This document shows, piece by piece, positions 14,365 to 28,400 of a stretch of DNA of 64,000 nt; within the stretch, counting starts at the first letter, position 1, and the number at the start of each line of letters is the position of its first letter. The translations under genes were made by a program, and so were the position numbers. A model generated the notes under the pieces. That model was not told where the DNA came from and did not search any database. It saw only the letters and a program-made list of their open reading frames with translations. The DNA is from the human T2T-CHM13v2.0 reference genome, Homo sapiens. The stretch is from assembly GCF_009914755.1 (NCBI RefSeq), contig NC_060933.1; one strand, 5' to 3'.

Positions 14365-14507
14365 GGCAGGGTGCAGTGGCCCATACCTGTAATGTCAGCA
14401 CTTTGGGAGATCAAGGCAAGAGGATCTCTTTAGCCCAGGAGTTCGAGATCGGCCTGGGCAACAAACTGAGACCCCCCAGCCACCTCATCTACACAAAAAT
14501 AAGAAAA
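14365..14507 (+). mobile_element. Alu left monomer (FLAM-like)
   Basis: Single Alu arm ending in an A-rich tail. Confidence 0.8.
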
Positions 14508-14569
14508 GGTGGGAGGTAGTTAGTAGTTTTGTAGTTTTCTTACAGCTTCTCATAACTACCATCAGGAAA

Positions 14570-14715
14570 ATGTATATGTGCATATGTATCTGTATATGTG
14601 CATATATATACAGATATATACAGATATATATATACATATATATACAGATATATATACATATATATCTGTATATATGTACAGATACATCTGTATATGCACA
14701 TATACAGATATATGC
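14570..14715. repeat. (TA)-rich degenerate microsatellite
   Basis: tatatacagata/tatatacata units. Confidence 0.9.
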
Positions 14716-15052
14716 TATTATAGTAGAAAAAGTCATTTGCATTTCGCTTAAATGAAGTTTCTGTTACACTGTAATAGCTAACATGCCAACTGCTGACATA
14801 AAGAGAAATTTTCAGTGTGACATAAAACTAATTTATGGTTTTAGTTTGAAGGAAATTGGCATTTCTATTTAAAAGAATGATTCAGTTATAGTTTTATTGA
14901 CTTGTGAATAATTGAGTTAATCGTTTGCTTTGTCTTGTGAAATTTTTTATTTTATAATTTGTACTAACATAGGAAAACTTCCAGTTAAAATGATACTCCA
15001 GTTTTAACATTGTAAACATCCTTTTTTGTGCACACATCTGTATAATTTTTAG

Positions 15053-15308
15053 GTTTGTTTTGTTTTGTTTTGTTTTTGAGACAGGATCTCAGTTTGTCAC
15101 CCAGGCTGGAATACAAGTGGCAAGATGAGGGCACAGTGCAGCCTTAACCTTCCGGACTCAAGCAATCCTCCCACCTCAGCCTCCCAAGTAGCTGGGACTA
15201 CAGGCGCATGCCACCATGCCTGGCTAATTTTTGTATGTTTTGTAGAGACAGAGTTTTGGCCCAGTCTGATCTCAAACTCGTGGGCCCACATGATCCACCA
15301 GCCTCAGC
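15053..15308 (-). mobile_element. Alu (AluJ-like, 5'-truncated) with (TTTTG)n tail
   Basis: gagacaggatctc...cctcagcctcccaagtagctgggactacagg. Confidence 0.88.
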
Positions 15309-16429
15309 AAAATTTTTACATAGTTGTAACCGCTGTGTACATATGGTGTATTAAGTGGCTTGACCTTCCTGTGTTCTCTTTCCCCAGTCATCTAAGACTG
15401 TGGGTAACATGTGTTCCTGTCTACAAGGCCATTGCAAAGTCAACTGAGATAACACGTGCGAAGTTCTCTGGGAGAAAAGCACCATCTGCATTTGCATAAA
15501 GCAGAGCTGCCGAGGTTAAGCTGTCAACAGCTTCCTAGGGAAAATGTCCCTGAAACAGATAAGACATTTACCTGTAATGGTTTTCTTTGCCTGTGAAATT
15601 AATGGTACAAGGCTTAAAAAAAGTATTATCTTTTAATTTGTCTTTTAAAGTTGATTCTATTTTAACATATTTTCATCATTTAGTTGCTAAGAATCACTGC
15701 TAATGGGCACAAATGGAAACTTAGATCCTGCTACAAGAAGGTTACATTAATTCAAAACTGGCTCCGCTGGATGCAGGTGGGGGTGGGAGTGAGGGGGGAT
15801 TAAAAGTAAAGACATCCCAGACCTGCAAGGAGCTCAGAAATGGGAGCATCATGCGCAGCAGCACTCCGATAATTCTGTTGTATGGCAGAATAGCGTAACA
15901 GCCCACGTGAAAATGAATGAGAGTAAAACCCATGAAGCAAATTCTGCATCTGGAAGGGTAAGATTGGTGAAGGGTTCTTGAAAAACGTGACCCCTTGAAT
16001 AGTGATTTGAGTAGAGGGCATTCCAGGCAGAGGGCTGAGTAGGCTGCAGAAAGGTTTGTTGAAGGGCTGAGGAGTGGATTGGGACTGGAAATGAGCATAG
16101 TGACCTGCACACATAGGGCATACATGTCACTGTTTCAGTCCCCAGCCAGAGAGAAGTGCAGGGTGGGAGTCAGGGAACCCACCTGGTGGTAAGGCAGGCC
16201 TGGTGTGCCCCTAGGGCCTGCACTAGAGAGGCGCTGGCAGTGGGGGAAGGGGGAGAGTGGAGAGCTTACTTGGCACCTGTAGTTTACATTTGAGGGTTAC
16301 ATTTGGTAGGATCATGGGTTGCGTCAGTCCCTCTCGGCACACATCTCAGGCTGTGCAGAGTTGGTGTTGAAGGAACGTGGGGAAGAGGGTGGCCCATTTT
16401 ATATTCATGCTCAGAAACAGGGGTCTTTA

Positions 16430-16990
16430 GCCAGAAAGGGCGCGCCAAGGACGGTGCTGTTTCCTGACACCCTGGAGAGTTGGGCGTCACAGCGCTTGTG
16501 CCCAAGGTCACAAGGTGAGTAGCCAGGCAGGATTAGACCCTGGTCCGGGTTACTCTCCAGCCAACGGCGCCCCTAGCGTCTGCGAAATCACTGTGCTTGG
16601 AGGAAAGGACGACAGGTTTTAAAGAGGGAGTGTCATCGCCTGCAGCGGGCGGACCCGTGTCCCGGCAGTGCAGCTCCGCAGGCGCAGGAGGGATGCGGGC
16701 TGGGGACGCCTTGGGGCGGCTGCAGGCTGGGGCGCGCCCCTGCACCCGGCGGGCCTCCGCTGCGTCCACTGCGGACAGGGGTCGGTGAGAGGCCCCAGGT
16801 CCAGCGCGACTTGCTTTTGTTAAAACCTCCTTGTGTTAGGTGTGCTCCCAGCTTTGGAGCCAGGCTTTTGGACACGCCTGAGTTTTTCTAAAGCCTTCTT
16901 GTTCTGGTCTTCCCGCACCTTCCAGTGCGGTCAAGGATGCTGGTGGCTGGGTCCTCTCCGCGGAGGGCTCTGGGTCGGGACCCTTGCACC
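16430..16990. promoter_or_regulatory. Smaller CpG-rich patch; candidate promoter/enhancer
   Basis: Dense CpGs (gggcgcgcc, gcgggcggacccg, ggggcgcgcccc) outside any repeat; perfect donor AAG|gtgagt at 16514/15. Confidence 0.5.
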
Positions 16991-19799
16991 CACCCTGGGG
17001 CCTTGGCTTCAGAACCAGTTACTCGTGTCAAGGATTGCTGTACAGCAGCTGCCCTCTCCTAAGGGCCAGGTATTTTCTTTTTTTTCTATGGATGATCGTG
17101 GTCCTCGTGCTTCTAATTTAAATAGGTCATGCTTTAAGCCTTCACAGAGGTGCTCCAGGGACAGATAGATGTCCATGTAACGTAGCTCCCCTAACCCTCG
17201 TTAAACGAACTTGAGGCCAGTTGAGAGGGGAGCAGTACCAGTAGATTTCAGGCAGCATCACGCTGCCGGCCCCTGCGGAATGGAGAGTGGTGTTCGGGGA
17301 TTTGCTTTGGAAATGCCTTGGGAAGGCGCCGCCACCTCCACTTTGAACAACGGTAGGAACGCAGGGTAGGTGCTCAGGTGGCACGAGCACTGCTGGCCAG
17401 CAGAGGACTGCGCTGGGCCTAGAAAGGAAGCTATGGGTTCCCAGATACGGGTTCTTTAAAAAAATGTCAGTGGACTAGGGCCACTGATTCAACTTCCAAA
17501 AAGCAAAATGGAGATTATAAAAATGGCGTGAACAAATAGTGTCGGAATCATTTGATAAGTTAAATCTGTGATGTTAGTGAGAACTGCTTATCTGAAATGG
17601 AAATACTCTCAAGACCTTTTGTGGCTTATCCCAAAGGCTTACTCTCTACCTTTTAGTTGAAAGCAGAATTGCAAATTTGACCAACTTAATCGGCAGTGGC
17701 TTTTTGCTTTTAAAAGTACATGCTAAAATGTTTGTGTGAGCGATGAGGCTGATAGCGTAGGTACCTGAAGTGGAGATTTACTTTTGCCAAGAATGTTTTG
17801 GTGTATTTTGTAAAACTTCTTTATTTCTGTCTCTCATTAAAGAATGTTTGTTTTTTAAAGGTAGATAAGAATTTTTCAAACTGACATAATTTTTAAGGGA
17901 ATTATATTTAATTGTAATGTTCTTATGCATTTGAAAACATGCATAAAGCTTATTAGTGTTCTTAACATTTAAAGGGGAGTGTTGTGTGCTGTACACGAAG
18001 AGATCGACCCAGCTAAGAACGACTTCTAGACCTGGGAGTGTGGGGAACATAGGGAAGGATAAGTTTTTTGGGAGTGTTACATTTTCTCTGAAGGAGTTTT
18101 CTCCCTAGGTTCTCAGTTGCTCACCGTGTTTATTTCATCTGCAGAACAAGTGTTTGGGAGTCATTTCTATATTTTTACTTCCCAGACACCTGATTTTCTT
18201 AGTTTTAAGTATGTAAGAATGTCATCTTACTTCAGGAAACTAAAGTTGTAAGTTAAGGTAGACATATTAGCATTTGAAAGTACTCACTTTAATTGTTTCT
18301 TATTCTGCTTGTTTTAACTTAAAATCTGTTAATTTTCTTGTTTAAAAAAGGATTAACTTTTAAAGTGGTTATTACAATTTAAATTGTATTCAGCTATTTG
18401 TCATATTAATATTTAGAGAGGCAAATTTAGTTGCCAAACATGGCATTTTGTAAGAAAATAAGGTACTAAGTTTTCTATCACATGAACAGTTTAGGATTTT
18501 CTTGACTTTTAGATGGAGATATTTTAGCTCACATTTTATAAATGCATGGAATGGGACTGAAAGCCATACTTACCTGAAGTGTTTTAAAAATTTAAATCTG
18601 TTTTTGAAAAATACACAGTTTGAAAGTGGAAGACTCTCAGCCTATTTAATGCGAAGTTTTTATAGTGGTGGGGTTTTAATATTCCTCCATTCAGTAGTTC
18701 ATTGCCTGATTTTTTTTAACCTTTCACGTAAACTTTGTTCAGTAATTCTTTTAAATGGATGCAGATTATTTAAAGATCAAATCAGTACTGTCAAAGTATA
18801 AGAAGGCTTTGTTTTTGATGTTTTATTTTTCTAAGCATGTTTTAATTATAATTTTTCTCATCTACAACATTCTAATTACATTTTAAATTAGAATGAAGAG
18901 TTTAACATGCAGAACTTGTGAATGGACTATTACAGTTTTCTAGGGAAAACTGCCCTGATCAGTTCCTTTCCTGAGGTGGGTCCCTATCCTGTGGTTTGGG
19001 GCCACATCTTTCTGTTTTTGATTGAAGTGCATTCTAGGAATACCTACCTCTCACTTATTCTCAATAAATCACATTCCTCTTAATCCTTGTTGGAGTTTTT
19101 GATTTTGTTGTTGGGGTCGATTCTGGTGACTTTTATCTACTGAGATTGCTGCAAGATTGGAAATGAGATGGGTTTCTTGTTTGCCATGCAAATGTTCTGG
19201 TTGTTTAGGATGAAGATACCAGTAATTAACCATTAAAGCTGTCCTTGCATACAGAAAACTTATCTCTGGCATTTTGTTTTTTTCTGATTTTAGTGTGAAC
19301 AGTTAGCGACCTCCACCAGTGCTGATTAAGAATTGTATAAATTGTTTATTCTTACAGAAAGCTGCCCTGGGTGGTTTGTTGCTCTTTTATTCACATGATA
19401 TAAGCTATAAGAAAACAGTCCTCTCACACCTCAGCATGTTGCTGATTTCCACCAGGTGGTCCAGGAACATTTGTTCTGCAGGAGGGACCAAACTTAAAAA
19501 TTTATTTATGTATTTATTGGTAAGTTTTTTTTTTTTTCAGTTGCAGCCGGCCAGGTCTGATGTTTTGCCACAGTAATACTAATATCCTTGTGAAATGGCA
19601 TGTATGCTATAGTTTTAAACTTTTTTTCTTAAATACCATATGCAAAGAGAGAAAGTCCTCACATTGTGTAAGTGAGAGGAGAAATTGCTACAGCTATGAC
19701 TGCCTTTGTTCTCAAAGCCATTTGAATTGCCGGCTGTGTTGGGGCTGGTTTGTACCTTGTTGAAGTGCTGAGATGAGAACTTCTCATTAGAGTAATTGC

Positions 19800-20450
19800 C
19801 TAATTGCCGGGTGGGAGCGGCCCATCCGGGGCGGGGCGGGGTGAGGCGGGGCCTGGGGCGCAGGGGCGGGGCGAGGTGCCGGCGGCCGAGATACTCACGG
19901 GCGCGGGACCTGGCCGGGAGACTGACAGCACCGGGACCGACCACGGCCCACCCCTCCGGCCGCGGCGGCCGGGACCAGAACAGCGCAGGCTCTCCGCCCA
20001 CGCCTGCCCTCGGCTCCCAGTCCGCGCTGCCGCCGCCCAGGTGACACGCAGGGACGGGAGCGGGGCTGCTATGTCCCTCGGGCGCGCTTTGGGACGTTGC
20101 TGAGTGGCTACTGCTTGTGCTTTCTTGCTTCCAAGCTGGCGGTAAACCTTTTAAATTCAGAGTGATTCAAGGGCATAGGCGTCGGAATTGTGATTTCGTG
20201 CGTGTTTTATTTACCAGGCCTTCAAATCAAAAAGGCCAGGCAAACACACGTTCTGGGGCTATCAAGAAAGTTCACACGAAGGACAAATCCAGCAGGGAGA
20301 AAGTGACATACCTTGCGGGCTCAGGCTTGGGATTTCTGCAGCCACGCGCGCGTTCACCCGACGGGACCTCGCCTGCACTGCCGCCGGGAGAAGCCTGCTC
20401 TAGACTCCGGCTCCAGGGGAGAGGGCTGGGCTCCACAGAGAGGAGCAGCC
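19800..20450. promoter_or_regulatory. Intragenic CpG island with tandem GC boxes; probable internal promoter
   Basis: Abrupt GC/CpG enrichment within AT-rich flanks; GGGGCGGGG at 19828-19836, 19833-19841 and 19863-19871; downstream donors CAG|gtgaca (20040/41) and CCT|gtgagt (20451/52). Confidence 0.8.
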
Positions 20451-22399
20451 TGTGAGTTTTCAAACATTTCTCTGTCAGAGTTAGCTCTTACTTGTTAAAT
20501 TCCGAGATGAGAATCTATACTGTGAAATCAGCAGAAAAGTGGTTCTTAGAAATTTTAAAGTTTGTTTATCCACTTTACTTTTTGAGGATCTGTGCTCACT
20601 GGTTTTTCAAGCTGGTTTGTTTTAAAGGAGTCAAGCTTCACTTTGGAGTAAAGGTGGAGATTATAGTTGCTCTGTTGGAACTTTGATATGTTAAAGGGAA
20701 ATTCTGTAAAAATGCGGGATGCAAGCAGTAGCCACAGGAGCATTTTTAAAAGTTTTTCTTTTTCAGCTTAATTTATATAAGAAAAACAATTAAAAGCCTG
20801 TGTTTCATTTTAGCCTCTTTTTAAAAGATAAATTCTTATTTCTGCAGATAAATGGGAATACTGAGGGGAGGGACGGAAAGTATGGTTTTCTATAGACTAT
20901 TTTCCATTAAAATTTAAATAATCAGAAAGCTCAGAAATGTTATTCCTGTAACTTCGGGAAGTTATAGGAAATGTTACATTTTAACATCAAAGTAAAATTC
21001 CAATAAAATACTTTTTCTTATAGGAGCACATTTTACATATGTAAAGGAAGATACAAAAATACTAGAAATTCTAAAACTTAACCATTTTTGCGAAATTTTT
21101 CTAAACAAATTTCCTAAAGTCTTGCATACATTTGAGAATTTAGATTATTGCTAGAAAGCACATCTTAGGTTTTAATCATGTTCATGCCAACGCCTATGAA
21201 AAGACCTACCAGGATTTTAGATCCATAGTTAACCACCACTTGTGAGTATCCATTTTGCATTTTTGAAGACTCGTTGATTGACTATCAAGTACTTGAAATT
21301 ATGTAAGAGAATACTTTTTTGGCAGCAAAGTCGCATTTCAGATCCCCTGCTCCCCTATCAACTTCAGGCTGCTCCAGGCTCTGGGTCCAGGCTGGAACTC
21401 ACAGTAGAACTAAGATTATGTCTAAACTCATAGCAGTAAAGTGACGTTTTGCCGTAAAAGAACATTTTTATAACGCTATTTCAGTCTACTTGTTTCCTTG
21501 GAAATAGTTTCTGTCGTGATGGGCAGTATCTAAATTAATGAATTATTCAGCTATTTGTGCAAAATGTGTAACTTAAGGGCAAACAGACTCGATGTTGTTC
21601 GCATCACCTCTCACACATTGGCAAGGCAGCCTTTTCTGTCCTATGTAATGTAGGAAAATTAAACATTTCTTGAAATCTGAGACTTCTGCCCTTGTTCTCC
21701 TGAAATTAAATCCATTTTATTTTCAGTAGCATGAATTTCCTTACATGTCCAAGAGGCTGTTAAGGAATTAATCCTTTGCTCTATTCCTCATAACACTTTT
21801 CACAGTTAATCTAGTGTGTAAACTGTGTGGACGAGAATCCAAAACTGCAGAATTTGGAGGAAATGTGACTCCTATGCCTTGTAGACATTAAATCATTCTG
21901 TGAAATAAAACTGAAACTTTGGATAGGAGATTGTACAGTACTCTCCACACATTTTTATTAAATGAAAACAACTTCCATTATTTTTCCAGCAATCCTTCAT
22001 GTAGTTGGACTCACCTCACCACCTCCCCCCTGCTCCTTAGTTGTGGTCGGCTCTCCTTACAAATGGACAGGTTGCTTTGTCAACTTGGTGGCAGAAACCA
22101 CCTGACAAATTGTAGACATGTGGCTAAAATTTATGCTTAGTTTGGATTTGGTAGAAAATAAAGAATATTAGAAAATAAAATGTGACCAAAAAAATATTTA
22201 TGTTGTCTTGACTGTGTGTCTATGCACAAGAAAGGACAGGAACTGGGAGTAATGGAATGTTAGTGTTTCCAACTCCAGAATAAATACCCAAGAGTGAAAA
22301 TAATTTATAAATTATGTTTCCTGCTTCAGAATTTGCTAAGAGTGTATGTGTGTGTCCATACTTGAATCACTTGCCTCACCTGAGGATCGGAGTGGTTGA

Positions 22400-22786
<387 letters not shown>

Positions 22787-23061
22787 ATACTTTTTTTTTT
22801 TAACTGTGAGTTTTGATTTTAAAAAACCCTTAATCGTTAATAGTAAGTTTTAACAAGGAGACTATGGAAGGCAAAGGGAGAGATCTTTCTAAGACATACA
22901 GTTGAGTTTTTGCACATAAAGCAAACTAGATTGTTATAACTCCTCATACAGCCCATCTATTTGCTTTTTAAAAAATTGCAGAGCTATCATTTCATTGATT
23001 GCAGTTTGTTATAATTAAAGAGGCATTTTCAGTCATTTTACCATTAGCTTTTTAAATATGA

Positions 23062-23401
<340 letters not shown>

Positions 23402-25086
23402 TATGAAACTTTTTAAGTTGATAAATTTGTATTTTTTAGATATGTTCTAGTTGAGGAATGAGAACCACTCCTGGTCTGAATTTTCATGTGTTGCTATATA
23501 AATTTGCTTTTAATAAATTCTTTTAAATCACCAGATTGTTAATTGACAGCTATTCTTGCAGACATTGTTACCTTATTATTTCTTCTTACTATATTGGGCA
23601 TTAAGTCGTTTATTTCAATGTGATAAACATTTGACTATCAGGGATGGGGGTAGATAGCACATGACATGAGCAAAATCTGGTTCCAGTATTTAAGACACAG
23701 CCTTAAAAATGTATATTCCTTTTATAGAAGTTAAAATATAGTTTTCTTTGAACTCGGTTATTCCTTGTTTAAACTCAAAAGGAGAGGATCCTATTTTCTG
23801 TACATAAAATTCTGAAGATAGGTATTTTCTGTAAGAGCTGAGTTTTTTCCCCATTTGCTAATCCCTTCTAATTTAGAGGAAAAACCGTATTATCACACTG
23901 AATGTTAGTGATGATTGCCTATTTGTCCATATGAACACAGTAATTTTGTGCATAGTATAGATTACTATTCACCAGGAATATAGGGCTGTATAAAAAACAT
24001 TTAACCAAAGAAGAATCGTGTTGATAAATTATTAACTAAAATTACTAAATTTGTAATGAATAATCCTACACAGACCATCTGATTGTGATTTTTGACATAT
24101 TGGAGTAATATAGGAAGTTATAGAAAGGAAGAAATTCTGGGTTTGGATGAAATTACTGGTTTTTTCCCTTGGAAAAAAAATCTGAATATATTTTATAATT
24201 TGTTAGTATTGTAAGTAACAGCCTAAAAACCTGAGCATGTGACTGTTTGACACTGTGCTTCCTATATATCTGTTTACAGAATATTTGGAAAATTTTAAAT
24301 TCTTCCAGTTCTTGATTGCTGCTTGCACAGAACCAATGTTAAAATGTTATGACTAAGACTAGAGAGACAATGATAGGTTTCTCGGTGCACACTTAGTGCT
24401 AGGAGGTCTTCCCATACCTACCGGGCCAGCTTTAGAGAAACCCCTGGTTTCCAGTTGCCTGGTTCAGTACTTTGTTAGAGCACATGCTTTAATTATTTTC
24501 AGTGTTCTTAGGTTTGGTTGTGGTAATGAATTTCTTCATAAAGTAGATCTCTCTTTTAAGTGAATTATTAGGAAATACTTGTAGCATGATTTAAGAAAAA
24601 TATTTCAGCTTCAGCTGGAAGCAGAAAAATGGACAGAGGGGAAGCCAGAGAGTTCAGGTAGGTTACTCGGAGAAACAGTTGACACAAAGCATTCCTTATT
24701 TTCTTATTATGTATCTTTAGAATGTAATTTACACAAATTGAACCATAGTTTACATTTTATTCTGAACCTTTTTTCTAAAAACATTTCTTGCCATCTTCCT
24801 ATATTACAAAAATAATTCCATCTCATTCTTTTTAATAGCTACATAGTATTCCACTGCATGGCTACATACCATATAGGATGTTTTGATTCATATACTCAAC
24901 CAACCGTTTTTTTACAGTAAAGGTATACTCATATGCTGGGCCTTAGGGGGTTATAAGTTAATGTATAACTAGAATTGGAGCTAGCAAATGTCACTGTTTG
25001 TAAATTAGGAACTCAGAATTATAAAATGTATACTCTCCTTCAAGATAAATACAACAAGTATATTACGTACACTGTTATTAATTTAG

Positions 25087-25406
<320 letters not shown>

Positions 25407-28400
25407 AAAAGCATTAATTCTAAGGAAACAAAAAGAAGGAAATTTTTATGAAAATGTGAATACAAGAAAAGTTAGGAATATTCTGATACTTTAAAGTATT
25501 CCAATTTCTTTAGAAATATTCAGGCATATATTGAACATGCCATTGTTGTCATGGCAGGGTGAATAGACAGAATCACTTAGGAATTTAGTTTCTTTTTCAT
25601 GAGTGATTATTTTCTTGAGAAGCATAGATCAGGAATGTTTTCCCTTTGGCCCCTTGTAATTGGTCTGGCAGGATCTGGGGTTGGGGAGGTGGACACAAGG
25701 ATCCCACACATCTCTTGTGAAATACTTGGAAATTTTCAATTTGAGTGTTTATGATGCTTCCAACATATATAATAACATAAAATATTAATGTACACGTGGT
25801 TGTAAGAGATCCAGTTGACCAGAGGATTGCATGTTTCATCATTTAAATAATATGCTTTGTGTTAGATTGCATATAGTGTATGCTTTTAACAAGAGTTAGG
25901 GGAATAATAGCACGGGAACATTTGACACTTACAATCTGGAAACATGAGAATTATTTATGCCAGTAAATTATTTCAGATAGTATTTGCGAATGATGGTATG
26001 TGTCTGTTTTAGGTTCTGTGGTGCCACTTTTAGAAACTCCACAAGCAAACCATGGCTCAAAGTTTGTAGTAATCTTTTTGAACTGTAACTATTAGAATTT
26101 CCCAAAAATCTAATAAATATGCTTTTCTTTGTATAAAATGAGCTATATGAATATTTGCTGCTACTTGAATTTTCTTTCCAAAATTTGTTTATAGACATAC
26201 TCCCTAAAGATGTTTGATAATCAGAAATAACTGATTCTGCTAGACAAATATGCACCAATTGATTGATTTTCTTTATTTTGAAGAAAATTTTTTTCCTCTT
26301 AATTATTTGGTGGCTTCCTTTGCTGGCAAATCCAATTTTATGCCCCACAAATAATGTGAACAGTAGAGACTTCTACTTGTAAGTTTCGGCAATTCTTTAA
26401 AATATGTTAAGTTTTTGCTTCAACATATAAAGGTTTTTCTTTTCTGAATTGTGTTTTCAGCAGCAATTCAAACCAATTGTATTTTTCCATTATACAAATT
26501 ACTAATTTAGAATAAATATATTTCATTTCTGTCATGATATCCTAGTAGGCAGGCTCTTGGGCAGACACCTGATATGTGTATGTATTATTAAGTTGTCTAC
26601 TTTTGTTTCTTAGAAATGTTTATCATTTAAAAAGTAACAGATGGAAGAAGACCATTTATTGAAGACTGTGGCCTGGCTAGTGTGTGGGCAGTAAGGGGTG
26701 ACTGCACCTGGGTTCTGTGGCTCTGAACGTTTTCTGTTTCTTTTTGGATTATGAGGAGGGAGAACTCTTGGTTTTGTTTTGAGGAACTTCATTGATTATA
26801 TCTTAATTTTGCCTTATTGGCAAAAAGCACCATGTGAAAATTTATGCAGCGTATAGATTTTCACTGTGTTTTATTTGGTTCAGAGCCGAGTCTGGAAGAT
26901 GACTTAGTTTATAAGTTCTGTCTCGTGTCCTGTAGCCAAGCTTTCTGTCTCCTTTAATGAGGGCACTGTGTGATTAGAAGCTGTTTCCTCCCATTCCTGT
27001 GGACTGAAGGGGCAACCTGAGGGTCTGCTAAGGTGGTGGGTGTGTTTTCTGGGAAGAGTGAAAGGGGATTTGTCAGCCTTTGGGGGAACTTGATAAAAAT
27101 GAAAGATATTTTATGTCAGTGGGATCACCTTTTTAATCCAAGGGGCAAAAGAAAACTGGTTTCTATTGTGCCCCTGCCCGAAGGCCGCCTGCATGTGACT
27201 TTCAAAGGACCCTGCTTGTGTTGAATTTCAGCCAGCAAGTCTCCAGCATACAGAATTTGAGATTTCCCCCACCCCCACCGTTTCTTCTGTTTTTGTTCCA
27301 TGTAAACAGTTCCCTGCGTAGTAACATAGACAAATATAGCAGAGAATGCTTTTCTGGAAGAAGAATGCTCCCTAAGCATTTTTTAACCATTTTTGGGAAG
27401 AATTGATCTTTCTGTGTGTTTCAGACAGACTGGAGAGGGGGAGGCCGTGGCTGTAAATTGAAGTGACATCATATGTATTGCCCCCATTGATCCGCTTTTA
27501 GTCTCCAGCCAGGATAAAAGGAAATGGCATCAGGGAGGAAGCATGCTTCATTTAGGCACAGATCCCAGAGTGATAATGGGGTAATAATAGAACTCATGCC
27601 ACTGTCAATCCGTGGCTGCATTAGTCCCAGGCTTATTCTCTGTCTGGGGAGCCGCACAGTGACTTTCTTCGTGTGAGGCTGCAGCGCACCAGCTGGGCCA
27701 CGCCGGGAGGTGCCCTCCTTTGCTTTCGGAGGGGTGCAGGCAATGGGGCTTGGATGTTGCCATTTGCTGGTCTCTTGTCACAGGCCCTGCCTCTGCAAGG
27801 TCAGTCATGGGACATGTCCGTGGCATTTTCTGATGTAGGAGGTGAGCTGGCCTGTTCTGCATCATGCTAATGGAAGAAATGGTGGCGGAACCTCAGTTGC
27901 GTGGGTGGTCTTCTGGGAGCACAGAGTGAGTGATGCCCCCGTGACAGCAGTAAGAGGCTTCTGCAAGAGTCAGGGGTTTTTCTTAGTTGAGCTGCCTCTA
28001 GTTTAGGAGGGTGGGTTTGGAAAATTCATATTTTCTTTCCAGGAGCATGCATAAAAACTCTCCCAAACCATTCAAAGTCGTACAGCTTGCGTCGACTCTG
28101 AAGTTGGGAAAAACATGCAGTGGACTTTTTTCTTTGTACAGTTCTTAGTATTTAGCAACTATGAGATCTTCCATGTTTAGAGTAGAACACAGACTTCTAA
28201 AATCCTTAACAAGCAGCATTTGTACTTGACTGACCTCGTTTAGCATTTTATTTCTTGTACTCATTTCAGTAAGTTTCATAGTTCTGTGAAGTTCTCTTGC
28301 AAGTACCCACATCACTTTGGCACCTTGTAGTCCTATTTTGTGTAAATTTCCGAGGCAGATGCATTTTAAAAATAATGAGCTGGTCTCTGTATGGAAAAAA

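Noticed and set aside
19358-19519. Possible cryptic exon (cttacag|...TTG|gtaagt) just before the CpG island
   Set aside because: Plausible splice sites but no other support; pseudo-exons are common in long introns.
27387-27396. CArG box CCATTTTTGG
   Set aside because: Isolated; a few such matches are expected by chance in 64 kb.
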